Below, piece by piece: positions 1-13,569 of a stretch of DNA of 64,000 nt. The first letter of the stretch is position 1; each line of letters starts with the position of its first letter. Both the position numbers and the translations under genes were made by a program. The notes under the pieces were generated by a model. It was given only the letters and a program-made list of their open reading frames with translations, did no database searches and was not told the DNA's origin. The stretch lies in the NCBI RefSeq assembly GCF_018350175.1, contig NC_058369.1, positions 16,618,001 to 16,682,000 on the forward strand. The letters run 5' to 3'. The stretch comes from Felis catus (taxonomy: Eukaryota).

Positions 1-3000
1 CCTGAAATCCTCCATGACACAGGAAGGCCCAACCAGTGCTGAGCCTGGGGGCAATGCCGTTTCTCCCTGCTCTACTGCCACTCGAACTTTCTTTCTGTCC
101 TGAAGTTCACCATCGCTTTCAGAATCACTCTCCAATTCCGGTCTCCTTTTTTTAGGAGGTCCTCTATCTTTCATATCATTTTTTTCTAAGTTTTTTGAAA
201 GATCTTTCTTTTCATTCACAGCTAAAGAGTCCTTAATGGAATTGCTGCTTATTTCAGGTGCCTGCACGGACCCCTTGTCCTTCTGAAGAGATAGAAAAAA
301 TTTACTGGACTGGCTTGAAAAGTGAGACCCTGCACATTGATCCCAACTGTCCTCCTCTTCACGGTCATCTGTTAAGGAATCTGGTACCTGCCCTTGAATT
401 CGATCATACACAACCCCTGTTCCAGGAGGTCTACCTGCTGATCTTGGATCCCAGTAGCCGTTACCTTGCCAGTAATTACGTGTCCCACCATAATGTTCTG
501 CACTTTGCTGATACTTGTGTCCACCACAGGCTCCATAGCTGCTGTCAGGTTGCTGATATGTGGTAGTAGGCTTTTCTTGTTGAGAGAATTCCCACCCTAG
601 GTTCCTGAGCTCTTCTGATGAGCGGAAGCCATCCACTCGGGAGATCTCACAAGAGGAAGAAAAACTCAACTCTGTTTTTCCCAGTCTACTATCTGGCCTG
701 TTAGGGAAAATGGTTTGTTGCCGAGACTTATTCGGGATGTCTTCAAAATCGTCAGAAGAATAAACTGGCAGCTCTTCTTGCTGCCTAGAGGCTATTTTGG
801 CTTTTGCTGTTTCCTCAGAATTTGGATGACCTAGAAAGTCAGATTTCACATCTGTATGACTTGTACTATCAACCCCGTCACTCTGAGGATGAACAATTTC
901 AGACAGGTGGTTATCTATCTGTTTTCTGCTGGGGTGTGTAAAAGAAATTTCCGGATTCTTCTCTGTTCCTTTATGATGGAAGAACTTCTCAGTCTGAGAA
1001 CAGGGTTTACTTGCTACACTGTCATATTTTTCCTCATATGAATGTCTCCTCGACTCCAATCTCTCATCTTCCCAGTGGTCAGAATAGTGTCTGTAACTTT
1101 GACTACTCCGAGAAGAACACGGACTGGTTTCTTCCGTGGGCAAAGTAGAATTCTTTGGGACTACCACAACAGACTGAAGACGGTTTCTTGGAAAACTGCT
1201 ATCATCAGAATCTGTATCTTCAGAGTCACTTTCATCACTTGAGCTTTCAGAAGAACCAGAATAATCTTCATGGACAGTGGATACGATCTCTGAGGCGTGA
1301 CCACTACTGTCACATTTTAAGGTATATGTTATGCCATCACTGTCCTCCATGGTTAAATTCAAGTCACAAGAAGAAAATACAACTTCTGAGTCATCAGAAG
1401 TATGAGCATGTCCTCTCCCTCCTTCTTCATCTAAAGAGATTTCTGACCTTCCTCTTCTCTCAAGCACTATGGAACTCCCTTCTTCTTGAGCCTCTTGCAC
1501 ACATTTCCCAGAGAGCCCATTATTATGCCTGTTTTCCCAAGAGGCAAATCCCCTTCCTGAATCAGGAAGGTCGCTACCTACTTCTATGATGGTTTCTTTC
1601 TCTGCATGCTTTACAAACTCTGTGCTTTTACTCTTCAGCACAGCATCCAAAACTGGAGATGCGTTCTCTCCACATTGTAAGAGAGTTAAACTGTCCACTT
1701 TTACTCCTGGTGGCAGACTCTGAAGAGATGAAGCAACGCCTGAACTCTCTATCGGTTGATATATGTCATCAAAATGATTAACAGAAGCTGAACTGGTGCT
1801 ACCAACGCTCTGCTTATATTCTTCACGTGCAAATTTTGAGTGCTGATCTGTCAGATTTCTATTATCGCATATAACTGTTTTTGATTTCAAATGCACATTC
1901 ATAAAGCTATTTGAAGAAATCTTCATAACCGAAGGCTCAATCTTTTCAGCTTCAGAATGACGCAAAGAAGGGTTGTTGTCATTTGAAGTACAGTATAGAT
2001 CTGAATCTTTGGTTTTACAACAAGAAACTGCCATATCGACTGGTTCTTTAATTACAGTTTTGGAATAATCTATAGTCGTAACTGGCAAAGACATGAGTTT
2101 ATCTTGGTGTGGTGACACTGTAGGTTCTGTTTCTCTAAATGGGCTTCCTGACTTACTACGCAGCATGCATGTATTGTCTGAGTCTTTCTCTTTACATCTA
2201 TTAATATTCTGAAATCCATTTGATGAAAGCATGCATGCTTTGACCAAAGGGGATACCTCTGATCCAGTCACACTATCATCAGAAGACATCAAAACAGTGT
2301 CAGTTTTAGAAGTGCAAAACGTTGCCAAATCAGATTCTGCCCCAGGAGATCCATTTATATTTAATTCTATGGGACAATAACTTCTTAACTGATCATTCTT
2401 CACTTTAGATAAAGAGTCTAATTCCTTAATACTATCATGGCTATCATGTCCTATAAATTCAGATTTAAAAATAAGGGATTCATCTAGCTTTTTAAAAGTA
2501 GGTGAATCATTTAATCGATTTGATGGTGATGGAGACCCAGTCTTTTCTCTTTCAGGAATTTTACTAATCATTCTTAATTCACTACCTTTTGAACAAGGAG
2601 CCTGTAAATTAAAAGAATGAGATGATCTGATTTCCTCATTTAATTCTGTACAACAGAAAGAATTCTTAAATTTATCGGACTTGGATACAGACTTTGAAAG
2701 GGCAGATTTGTAACGGGAAGCACTGTTATCATGCTTGGAATAGGATGAGCCCCGTCGGAATCCCAGTTCATTAGGGGGAGAACAACATCTTTTCATTGCT
2801 TCATTTTCTGAAGTCCTTTTGGATTCTCTTTCTACTTTTGAAGAATACTTTCCTCTTTTCTCCATCTCTAAGTAAGAGGACTCAGTTTTGCAGTCCCGAT
2901 CAGATTTAGAATAGGATGATGATGTCCTTAGGTCTCTGTAAGAGAAGGAATGGGATGAGGTGCGCCTTGAGTAGGTCTTCTTATACTCCTCTTCTGAGTC

Positions 3001-4275
3001 AGAACTCTCCCGAGCTCTGTTATCTGTATATGGCCGAGAATAGCGAGCCCTCTCTCGGTAAGGGGAACTCCGATGGTAGCGACGATCAGAGTCATAATAA
3101 TGGGATCGTTCCGACCGGGAATAGGATAAACTAGTTCTAGAGCCTCTGTCAGATCTTGAACGAGATCTGCTCCGCCTTCGCTCTCTCTCTGATCTACATC
3201 GAGAAGATATATACCGAGTATCTCTTTCAAGTTTTGAGTAGCTAAAATATTTATCATCTCTCTCTGTTTTAGATCGTGAAGATTTCCCTAAATCCTCACT
3301 TTTTAAAGGTGCTAAGCTCTTTTTTGAATCTCTTTCCTTTTCAATGCTTGCTGAAAATTTTAAATCGTGTGATCTTTGACTTGAGGAAGTCCGTACAGAA
3401 TCTTCATCAGATTCTGAAGCAAGAAAGGTGCCTTCGGATTGTGAGGATTTCTTCTTAGAACCTGTTTTTTTAGAGCCCAGATTACTCTTAGAACTATCTG
3501 GAATTTCTTCTTCCTTCCCAATATGGGAATCTTCTTTTTGTGAGGGAGTATCTGCTTGCTCATTCAAATTCTGAGTTATGTGTTCTTCTGAACTATTAGA
3601 TACAGCGTCCTGCTTAGTGTCCACGTCTGAAGATTCTGGTACAGTCGTAACTGGTGGTTCCTTCAGTGTTCTAACTGCTACATCTACCGGTGCTGTCATC
3701 AGAACTGGGATTGGTGTGTGTGGCAAGGCCACTGGCTCTGTTACTGGTGCTGGTGAGGGTGTCGTGGCCTGGGGAGGTGGAGGTGGTGGAGGTGGAGAAG
3801 AGGGTGGTGAATCTACAGTTGTTGATTCTGCTATGACTGCTGGTAATGGTACTACTGGAGGAGGTGGAGACACCACTGCTGTGGCTGTAGTCAGCAGTGG
3901 CCTGGACGTCACATGAAGCAGGTGTTTCTTAAAATGAATTTTGCCCAATTCTACCCTTGATTTTGGTGGGGAAGATTCTTCTGTAGTAGATAAGGTATCT
4001 CCAACGTCCATTTTAATTTTAGGAGTCAAGTCTACTTGAAGAGGTCCAGCTGGGGAGTTTGGAGTATCATTTTGCTTTTCATTGCCAAGTGCAGTCAGAA
4101 ACCTATTCTGCAAAGTTTTCTTTGTAAGGCTGAAGCTGAAAGACACCTTTTGTCGTCCCTGTTCCTCCAAATTAACTTTTGTCTTGGTGCCTTTAGGTAA
4201 AAATCGACTAGAAGCAACACCTTTGAACATTGGTCCTTTGAAGAAACCTGTTTTCTGCACATTTTCAATCTTTGC
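1..4275 (-). CDS. SETD2: SETD2 giant coding exon 3 (partial, continues past left edge); disordered N-terminal region with polyproline and Arg/Ser-rich stretches, ending just before the AWS/SET region
   Basis: Acceptor tacag|GCAAAG at 4277/4276; segments read translate AKIENVQKTGFFKGPMFKGVASSRFLPKGTKTKVNLEEQGRQKVSFSFSLTKKTLQNRFLTALGNEKQ ... GPSCVMEDFR at the edge, matching recalled human SETD2 residues ~30-1455; 4275 nt = 1425 codons, same frame at both ends. Missing from ORF track presumably because no stop lies in the window. Confidence 0.98.
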
Positions 4276-4544
4276 CTGTAAGTGAACAAAACAAGCAGTT
4301 ACTACAACAATAAAGTTACTTTCAAATGGCTAGCATTACAGTTTAAAATGTCAGGAAAATGAAAAATCCTCTTTAAGGACAGTATGAATTTCACTAAGCT
4401 AGATAAAACTTCATTATAGAAAATTTGAAACATACACAAAAGTATAGAGAATAGTATAATAAACCCTTAAGTACCCACCCCAAGTTTCAACAATTACCCA
4501 TACTTTCCTATTTTTGTCTCTTACATAAAGAATTTATCTGTTTT

Positions 4545-4751
4545 GGGGCACCTGGGTGGCTCAGTCGGTTAAGGGGCCGACTTCAGCTCAGATCATGATC
4601 TCGCAGTCCATGAGTTCGAGCCCCGCGTTGGGCTCTGTGCTGACAGCTCAGAGCCTGGAGCCTGTTTCAGATTCTGTCTCCCTCTCTCTCTGACCCTCCC
4701 CCGTTCATACCTGTCTCTCTCTGTCACAAAAATAAATAACTGTTTAAAAAA

Positions 4752-4838
<87 letters not shown>
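4545..4838 (+). mobile_element. CAN-SINE (SINEC_Fc2-like) whose A-tail continues into a (TA)n microsatellite
   Basis: GGGGCACCTGGGTGGCTCAGTCGGTT head, (CT)n tract, A-tail, near-TSD aaagaat(t/g)tatctgtttt on both sides. Confidence 0.9.
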
Positions 4839-4844
<6 letters not shown>

Positions 4845-5487
4845 ATGTATCTGTTTTTATAACTTTTTTTTCCAGGCAGACTTTTTAAAGAGAATAAAAA
4901 AAAAAAAATCCAACATGTACTTCAATATAGAACACAAAATGACATGTAGATAGAGAGCAATAATTAACATCTCAGTGTGGAAAATAGTTTGTTCCTGTGT
5001 TCTGAGAAGAAACATCAGAAGCCATTATAGTGGTGTTCTGGCATCACACAGAATCACTTAGGTGCTTCATAAAATACAGATCTGCAACACAACTAGATCT
5101 AAGGCAACAAAGTATGTTTTGTTTGGGTTTGTTTTTGGAAAACAAGCACATGAGACAATTCTGATGGACTTTACAGATCTGAAAAACCACTGGTCTAGAG
5201 CAGTCTCCTAGCTCGTAAGCAAATGAGGCCCAGATCTTTCTGCTTCACTATAAATTACTCTGCCCTGGCACACTACCACTGTCTCTGCCCGGGCCTCACA
5301 CACTCAGGCCATGCCGTTTTATAGTCCAACCCTACTCTAGGAGCAACAACTACAAAGTATATACCTAAGAAAATTTTTCCTTCCATCATTTGCCAAACCA
5401 CCAAAGGAAATGGTAGGCTTTAGAAGTTAAAGGCAAAACCTAGGTGGTAGAGAGAACATCAGAAAAATCTATAAGAAACAAACTCAA

Positions 5488-5712
5488 GGGGCGCCTGGGT
5501 GGCACAGTCGGTTAAGCGTCCGACTTCAGCCAGGTCACGATCTCGCGGTCCGTGAGTTCGAGCCCCGCGTCAGGCTCTGGGCTGATGGCTCAGAGCCTGG
5601 AGCCTGTTTCCAATTCTGTGTCTCCCTCTCTCTCTGCCCTTCCCCCGTTCAGGCTCTGTCTCTCTCTGTCCCAAAAATAAATAAACGTTGGAAAAAAAAA
5701 ATTTTTTTTAAA
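5488..5712 (+). mobile_element. Young felid SINE (SINEC_Fc-type)
   Basis: Near-consensus body; perfect TSD aagaaacaaactcaag at 5473-5488 and 5713-5728. Confidence 0.93.
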
Positions 5713-6164
5713 AAGAAACAAACTCAAGTCTAAATTAAAGATGGTACACTGGTCATCCGCAATATTTTTTTAATGGATGTTCTTTAATCAACTCTGGTTA
5801 AGAGAATAGTTTTCTCCTTCAATATGGTAAAATCTGCCATCAGTTTTCAACATTATACACTAATCAAGTGAGAAAAAAAAATGTTCTCTCATGCATTATC
5901 ATAAAGCAGTTGTCTTCAAATATTTTTTAAGAAACAGAACGCACTTGTCAAATGAAATCTTACATGGTAGCTCAATATATAAAAACAGGTAAATGCTGTC
6001 TCCAGAGCTCCCAGCTTCCTCTACCTTGCCTAAAGCTTTTGAAGCTCCATTTTAAAAACCATTTCCTTGAGATATACAACATTCCTCCTTGGAATGGAGT
6101 TACTACAGATTCAAAAATTCAGCAAAAACTATTTCTTCATTTCACATTGAAAATGATAGCTAGA

Positions 6165-6300
6165 GGCACCTAGCCAGGTCGGTGGAGACACCTGGCTCTC
6201 AGTCAGTCAGTGGAGCATGCAACAACACTTGGTCTTGGGATTGTTGAGCTCGAGCCTCAAGCTGGGGGTAGACAGTACTTAAATATAAAATCTTAAAAAC
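6165..6300 (+). mobile_element. Short tRNA-Lys-like CAN-SINE (SINEC_Fc3/SINEC_old type), degenerate
   Basis: ctcagtcagtggagcatgc...gagctcgagcc...tacttaaatataaaatctt pattern; similar copies at ~19787, ~51738, ~58022. Confidence 0.7.
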
Positions 6301-6378
6301 CAAACAAAACAAAAAACATAGCTAAATTTTGAGTTTTTAATCCAATAATCATTGAATAACTAGTTAAATTATAGTTAC

Positions 6379-6394
6379 CTCATTTTCTTCTTCT
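6379..6394 (-). CDS. SETD2: SETD2 coding exon 2, 16-nt microexon (A GAA GAA GAA AAT GAG, completes E-EEENE)
   Basis: Minus strand reads caatag|AGAAGAAGAAAATGAG|gtaact; joins exon 1 (phase 2) to exon 3 (phase 0) giving PTPEEEENEAKIEN as in known SETD2. Confidence 0.95.
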
Positions 6395-6559
6395 CTATTG
6401 CCATCCAGCCAAGAGAGCATGCAAAAGAATAAAAAGAAATCATAAATACTAAAAACAATTGAAATCAAAGTTTTTTATTATTAAAACCTAGGATACCGAC
6501 AACCTATAGGTTTTTGACATGAGCTGTTCATTCCTTCAAAGTTTCAATTACATTTAGTA

Positions 6560-7320
6560 CAGCAAATATTTATTGAAGATAATACCAGCACTGTGAAATA
6601 AAAGGTGAACACAGTCCCTGCCCTTAAAAAGCTTAATGTCCTGTAAAACAAAATACAATTTTGTTACAAAGTAATTCCAACATAATGGAATAAATACAAA
6701 GAAATACGCACAGTGTAACAGCAAAGGGAGAAAATGCAGTTTAATAACTCAGTTTAGTAGAAGAATAGGAAAGCAAAAAAATCCTTCCTAAAAGAGGAGT
6801 AGTTCCTGAAGATACATTTGTAGGGAGATCCCAGGCAGAGGAAGATTCCCCACAAAGGCAAAGAGATTAAAACGCAGAACAACATGTGCAAGAAAACTAT
6901 AAACAGTTCAGCATTACCGGAGTATAAAGTGTAAGGCAGAAAGTAGCCAATATAGGGGACAGTAGCCAAGTCCACAGACAGGTTTCTCATGAGGAGAAAC
7001 ACAGTTCATTTTATGGATTAGGGGTTCTCAATCCTTTGTGGTGTCCATTCAGCAGTCCCTTTGCTGAACACAAGGTATACGCTCTGCTCCACATCACAGC
7101 ATGTGGCTCTCCGAGCTCACAGTTATGTTCTAAAAAAGGTAACCACACTGTGTCCTGAGACTGAGGAATCATAAGCCAAAAGTCTGGTGTACACCAGTGC
7201 GCCAAGGCATCCTGGGGAAAAGGAAGCTACAAAAGGGCTTTGGATGATGACAGCCAGATTAGGATTTTAAGCAGACCACTCTGCAGGCTACATGGCAAGC
7301 CTGGAGTATAATCATCTGTT
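6560..7320 (-). mobile_element. L2 (LINE2) fragments
   Basis: L2-like 3' motifs (caaatatttattga, cagtccctgccct) and purine-rich body; boundaries rough. Confidence 0.5.
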
Positions 7321-7548
7321 TGAAATGTCCCTTAAAAGAAATGTACAAAAACCTGGTCTCCAAATGTAGGCTTCACTCCATCATAATTCAGTCCATTCAC
7401 CAGTGTCTACATAGCCATACAAAAACCAAGTAATGAAGAGGGGGAAAGGATGGCAATACAAGGATGAGATTGGAAGTGAGGTCAAGGTTAAACACTTTTT
7501 TCCTATTCCAAAACCACTAAACACTTCACAGATGCAATCTGAGAACAA

Positions 7549-7702
7549 CTATATTTCATTAATTCTGTGAGGTACATTTTCCCCACATATAACACCTCTG
7601 CATCATACTATCAATAACATCATAGTTAGATTGATTTCTTAGTGGTTCATAAAATAGTTGTGTCTTACAATCCATGACCTACTAGATTTGATTTAAATTA
7701 GT
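7549..7702 (+). mobile_element. MER104-like Tc2/mariner MITE
   Basis: tatttcattaattct...ttcttagtggttcataaaatagttgtgtcttacaatc...tagatttgat resembles recalled MER104 consensus. Confidence 0.6.
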
Positions 7703-8276
7703 ATCATGTGGAATTTTTTTCAAGAACATAAAAGGTACCTGGACATGTCAGAGCATTTGGAAGGTCATTCCTATTTATACTCCCCTTTTCAGTGGATATT
7801 CAGAGAACTGCTTGACAGAGATGGCAAGATATTTCCCAGAACTTGATAATAAGATGTTTGTAATAAAAAGAATATAAGCATGTACAAAAAATACGGGGGG
7901 AAATATAAATTTCCTTTTAATTTCCTCATGTCAAAAGCATTTCAATAGAGAAAATTCAAATTACAAAACAAGCAAAAGGAAGAGTCCACAATCCAATATC
8001 CAGAGACTGCTGTTAACACCTTAGTCTACCGAGCCCTCTAATGCTTCTTTTGTGTACATGGTTGTCGGTGGGGGCGGGGGGGGGGGGGGGGGTGGTGGTA
8101 CTCAAACACAGATCTTTCTTTTTAAGTATAGCAATCATACCATACAAGCCATTCTATATCTTGCTTCTCTCCCTCATCACAAATAGAGCAGGTGAGCAAA
8201 TAAGGTGTTTAGATCACAAAAAGTATGGAATCACTACAACAGATTGAAGGGAATGATCTTGAAAGAAGGGGACACA

Positions 8277-8745
8277 GGGGCACCTGGCTCCTGTGGTTAA
8301 GTGTCCCACTCTTGGTTTTGGTTTGGGTCATGATCTCATGGTTTCATGGGTTCAAGCCCCATAACAGGCTCTGTGCTAGCAGCACAGAGCCTGCTTGGGA
8401 TTCATTCATTCATTCATTCATTCATTCTCTCTCTCTCTCCCCTCCCCCCCCACTGCCCCTCCCCCCCACTGCCCCTCCCCCACTCACTCTGTTTCTCCCA
8501 AAATGAATTAAAAAAAAAAAAAAAAAAAAAGAGGGGCACCTGGGTGGCTCAGTCGGTTGAGCTTCCGACTTCAGCTCAGGTCATTATCTCATGGTTTATT
8601 GGTTCAGGCCCCACGTCGGGCTCTGTGCTGACAGCTCAGAGCCTGGAGCTTGCTTCGGATTCTGTATCTCACTCTCTCTCTGCTCCTCCCCAACTCACAC
8701 TCTCTCTCTCTCTCAAAAATAAATAAAGATAAAAAAATATTTTTT
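8277..8745 (+). mobile_element. Two tandem CAN-SINEs (8277-8530, 8533-8745); first carries (TTCA)n
   Basis: Two GGGGCACCTGG heads, CT tracts and A-tails. Confidence 0.88.
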
Positions 8746-9989
8746 TTAAGAAAGACAGAAAGAAATACAGATAAGTGAAGACACAGTTAAGTTTCAAAAT
8801 AAAGTAAGCATTTCTCTCTCACATCCTCAGCTGAAAGTTGAGAGAAGAAACAGGGCAAAATACTTAAAGTCAAGTGTAAGAAACAGAAATGGAAGTGGAC
8901 TATATTACTAATTTATATAAGAGCTTATCAGCACACTTATTCTACTTGGCTGGCAGCATTAAACTATCTAGAAACAACCAGAAGAAACAACTGGTGAGTT
9001 ACTCCAGGAAGCTGGATGGGACAAGAGAGGTAGAAAGCAAGCAAGATGAGAGAACTGAGGGCATTCCCAAGAATACTGAAATGACTGACCTAGTAATCCA
9101 TAGATAACAGAGAAGAGAGAAATCTGGAAGAAGCTGATAAACTGAAGGAACAGGGTAAGGGCAAGATGCTTGAAGCTTCAAAGAGTAAATGTGCTGGAAA
9201 CCAGAAAGTGAGGTAAAAGGGTGAGGTGAAAGAACTGGAAATTCTGGTCAGAGTAACAGAGTTAGGGTACATTTCCAATAATGACAATAGCTCGCTGTGG
9301 TCATGGAAGCAGACTGCCACTGCAGTAAGAGGACAAGACCTTTTTGAAGAAGCGAAATTGTGAGGCCACAATTAATAGCAAGAATCAGTCACAAACGTTT
9401 AATAACAAGGAAACTTGTTTTGGTAAATAACATAACATCATGTCAAGGGAAGGCTGATGGAACAAAGGTATACAGAGTCCCCAGGATCTCTGACATGAAA
9501 AATAATGAGGCATGCGCAAACAGGCATTTAACTCTTTAGCATAAGATTGTGCTGGAACGGCCTTATTTCTTCTTTTGGAAAGCTACTACAGAAGAAAAAT
9601 CAGGAATATTGAAGCAAGCTGTCAAAAATGTACAGGACAAATATTTGCAGCTTGCTGAGGAACTGTTTCAAGAATGTTGATTAATCTGGGTCAACATGGT
9701 GACAAATCTCAATGAGGTCACAGGGCACATGTGGAAAAGGAATTAAGAGATTTCATCACAGCAGTTCGAAGATCCAAAGAAATGACATGATTATTAAAAT
9801 CAACCCACTAACTACCCAATCTCTCTGGCTAGAACACAAAAACTGAAGCCTCCAAAGGGAAGCCTGGTATGAGAGAGACTTGACTATATCAAGAATATTC
9901 ATAAATATAAACAAGTTGGATAGCAAGGGAGTCTATTCTGGATACCAGGTCATACAAGAAATAGTTACAGTTAAACAAGTATTTTTATT

Positions 9990-10172
9990 AAAAAAAAAAT
10001 TTTTTTTTAATGTTTATTTATTTTTGAGACAGAGGGAGACACAGAATCGGAAGCAGGCTCCAGGCTCTTAGCTGTCAGCACAGAGCCCGAGCGAGGCTCG
10101 AACTCACGGACCGTGAGATCATGACCTGAGCCGGAGTCGGACGCTTAACCGACTGAGCCACCCAGGCGCCCC
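9990..10172 (-). mobile_element. CAN-SINE with shortened CT region
   Basis: Reverse head cccaggcgcccc at ~10172; TSD ttaaacaagtattttta on both sides. Confidence 0.9.
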
Positions 10173-11056
10173 TTAAACAAGTATTTTTAGTTACACTGGG
10201 AAAAAGACCACTTACAAGACCACAGTGATTTATTTATAAAATATCAGAAAACTTAAAGATAAAATAGTCCTATTTTGCACAATTCCAAAAGTTGGACCTG
10301 TGACCAACAGAAGGACAGAATGACAGATCTTAGCTCATTTTAAGTATGAACATTTTAAATTCATTTTATTTGAAAAATACACACACCCACAAGAGAAATT
10401 CATAATACAAAAAGATATACAACTAAAATTAGATATCTCTCTCCGGTGGCAACTATTGTTAAGTTTTGTATATCCTTCCAGAAATTGTGTGCATATGTGA
10501 GCATATGTATCTCTTTTTAAGGAGAAAACACACAAAAGGAAACATACCTTTCTATACCTTGTTTTTGTTCATTTAAAGCCGTAGGTATTATATATCAACA
10601 TACAACAGACATAGCTTCATTTTTAGTTCTACCATCATAATAGTTTTTTCATGTTTGTAAGTCATTGGTGTTTCCTTTTAGCTGGGAAGTGCTTTTTCAG
10701 GTCTTTGGCCAATCAGTTGAGTTGTTGGTCTTTCTTACTGATTTATAAAAATCAGATGTGATACGTCTACAACTAGAATGTGTCACTGTACAGAGCACTT
10801 AAGTTTCCTCCTCATCAGAAATGTTTACGAAGAATCTGGATAAGAACTTATCTCAAATGAGATAGAATTCCTGCCCTAGATGTAAAGCTAAAAGTGTGAT
10901 CCTAGAAGGTCTCATTCCAGGCCTTCAGTTCAACTGAATTTCCTGAACTACAAATCAGAAGCAGCACTTATTACTTTATGTGGATTTTAATAACACTTTA
11001 AAGATCCACTCCTATCTCATCTTTAAAGACTTCTTACTAAAAACTCATATAATCCT

Positions 11057-11275
11057 GGGACGCCTGAGTGGCTCAGCCTTTGAGCACTGACTTGATTTTG
11101 GCTCAGGTCATGATCCCAGGGTTGTGGGATCAAGCCCCGCCCCACATCCACGTTCAGAGTGGAACCTACTTAAGATTCTTTCCCTCTCTTTCCCTTTCCC
11201 TCTCCCCCACTGGTGCTAGCTCGTTCTTTCTCTCTCTCTCTCTCTGAAAAAATAAAAAACAAAAAATAAAAATCA
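11057..11275 (+). mobile_element. Older CAN-SINE
   Basis: gggacgcctgagtggctcag head, CT tract, A-rich tail. Confidence 0.85.
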
Positions 11276-11539
11276 GATACTCCTCAAATGCTCAGTGTTT
11301 CTCACATTTGAGGGATACATGGGCCTTTTTTAAGAAGACAAAAAATTGTCAGATATCTAAGGCTAGATCTCAACTTAAGAACACTGACCTAAGAAAATTA
11401 ATATATTAAAATATTAAATAATACTCTTTTAATATTAAAATTCATATGTTATAATTTATTTTACTTGAAAGTTACCACTGGAAAGTGGCAGTTTTCAGGA
11501 AAAATAAATTTCAAAATCTAAAACTGGTCAAAATAATGT

Positions 11540-11850
11540 TTAACGTTTGCAGTTAGCAAACAGAATTGTATCCATGTTAATTTCTCAAAATTGATAATTG
11601 TACAGTGATTATATTAAGGGAATGCCTTTGTTTTTGGCAAGTACACACTGAAGGATATGGGGGTAAAAGGCATCATGACTATAACCATCAAACATTTCAG
11701 AAAAAAAAAAAAAAAGCAATGTATGTGTGTAGAAAGAATGATAAATGATAAAATGTTCACAATGGGGTGAAGGGTATATAGGAAATCTCTGTATTGTTTT
11801 TGGCCATTCTGTAAGTTTGACATTATTTCAAAACTAAAAATTATTTTTTC
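11540..11850 (+). mobile_element. Old L1 (L1ME-type) 3' UTR fragment
   Basis: tgttaattttctc...gataattgtacagtgattat...aagggtatataggaaatctctgtattg...ttctgtaagtttgacattatttcaaaa; similar fragment at ~30600-30960. Confidence 0.6.
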
Positions 11851-13569
11851 AACTTAAGATAATCAATTATGAAAAACTTTTAAATACCCTCACAAAATCT
11901 ACACCCCATAAGAATTTTTTATGAAAAACACTGGTATGGACTCTTCAAGATCCTAGAGCCTCAGCTAGAGAAACACTACCTCAAATGTTCCAAATTCATA
12001 TTCTGGAAAGCAGCGATGAGGATAAGCTACATCAAAACTAGACCCTATACTAGACTGAAATTGCAGACGCAGGGTAGTGTGAAGAACTAAAAACTTAAGA
12101 GATAAGAGAAGTGTTGATAACAAAAGGAAGGAAGCCACCAATGACAAACTGAAGACCATTTCCCAACACTGCTTGTAACCAACCCCACCCAGAGGTATAC
12201 TCAAGTAGTACTCTGAGCTCTCTGGAAGAAAGGTAGCTTGCCGTATACACCCAGGTCCAAGGAAGGGTCACAGCGCTTCTCAAGTACTAAAGTCACTATC
12301 TCCACCGTTAGGGAAGACCTGGAATTTCATAGCTTCAGCCACTCTCCTCCCCCCTCCATTTGTTTCCATTTCAGGTTGCTAAATCTGTGACCCGCTCCCT
12401 AACAAGTACAAACAAAAACATCTGTCATGGAAAAAGAAGTCTGAATGCACTGAAGTCGGGCAGGTTTTGACATTTACACAGTTTAGGCACTTGCAGTGTC
12501 ATACATTTAAGACTTTAAATGCCTCAGATATTCAATGATATGGAAAAGTAATACACCGGAGAGAAAGTCTTCATAAGTAAAATTTTTATTACAAAAGATC
12601 ATATCTACCTAGCTCACAGCCACAGCCTCACCTATGGTCACACACATTTGCAAACCTCTTCTCAACAAACTGAGTAATCCTTCTGTAGGCCAAGGTTTTC
12701 GTACCATGAGCTAGCGAGGCTTAAGGCAAATGTGGAGACTACATCACAACATGTCTTTCAACAGCACACAACCACACTGATGGATTGCCCAACGACTTAT
12801 TTTAGAAAGGCAACACTTAACTACAAGTATCAGTACTCTTATCAATCACAAGACTATTTGTTCAACAATTATTTAAGGATCTATCCTTCTGAAGGCAGTG
12901 TTAACTCTGTTAGGGCAAGATATCAAGTTCATACACAGTTCCTACCCAGAATTTCATCCTTTACTTGAAGTAATATGGCACAGAGGTATACCAAATAACT
13001 ATAATACAAGGTAATAGTAATTTCCATAAATGAGAAGGCTAATGGGGAGGCTTTCTCTTTAATTTTCCTTTTTCAGCTCAACTTCATCTCGATTTCCTGA
13101 TTGTCCTTCATGAAAGCATACCTTCTTCAGCATTTATTACTTTGCTTATTAGGATGGCAATGTAACACAGCAAAAAAGAACTTTGATAATTCCTAGGTCG
13201 GAATCCTATCCCTACCATTCACTAACTCTATGACTTGTGCCACTCAATTCCCTTCTTTACTCTCCTAGGTACCTGTTTCACACATCCCCCTACCCCAAAT
13301 CTCCATCACTACCATGACCCTGACCACTCTCAATTGAAGATCCCATCACTTAACTCTATGCCCCATCCTCTTGCCTTCTCAAAGATGTATTTCCTATTTC
13401 CTTTCCTCTATCATCTGTATCTTTTTCTTCGCTCTCATTAGTCAAATAGCTTTAAAGATACCTTACCTTAAAAAAAAAAAAAAAAAAAAAGGCAGGAGGG
13501 TGAATTGTCATTACGGACCAACATCCTAAAAGAAAAGGGTCAATTTTTTTTTTTTTTTTTCAGGGAACC

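Noticed and set aside
258..4289. Track ORFs overlapping exon 3 in other frames or antisense
   Set aside because: Shadows of the SETD2 coding frame; no recognisable proteins.
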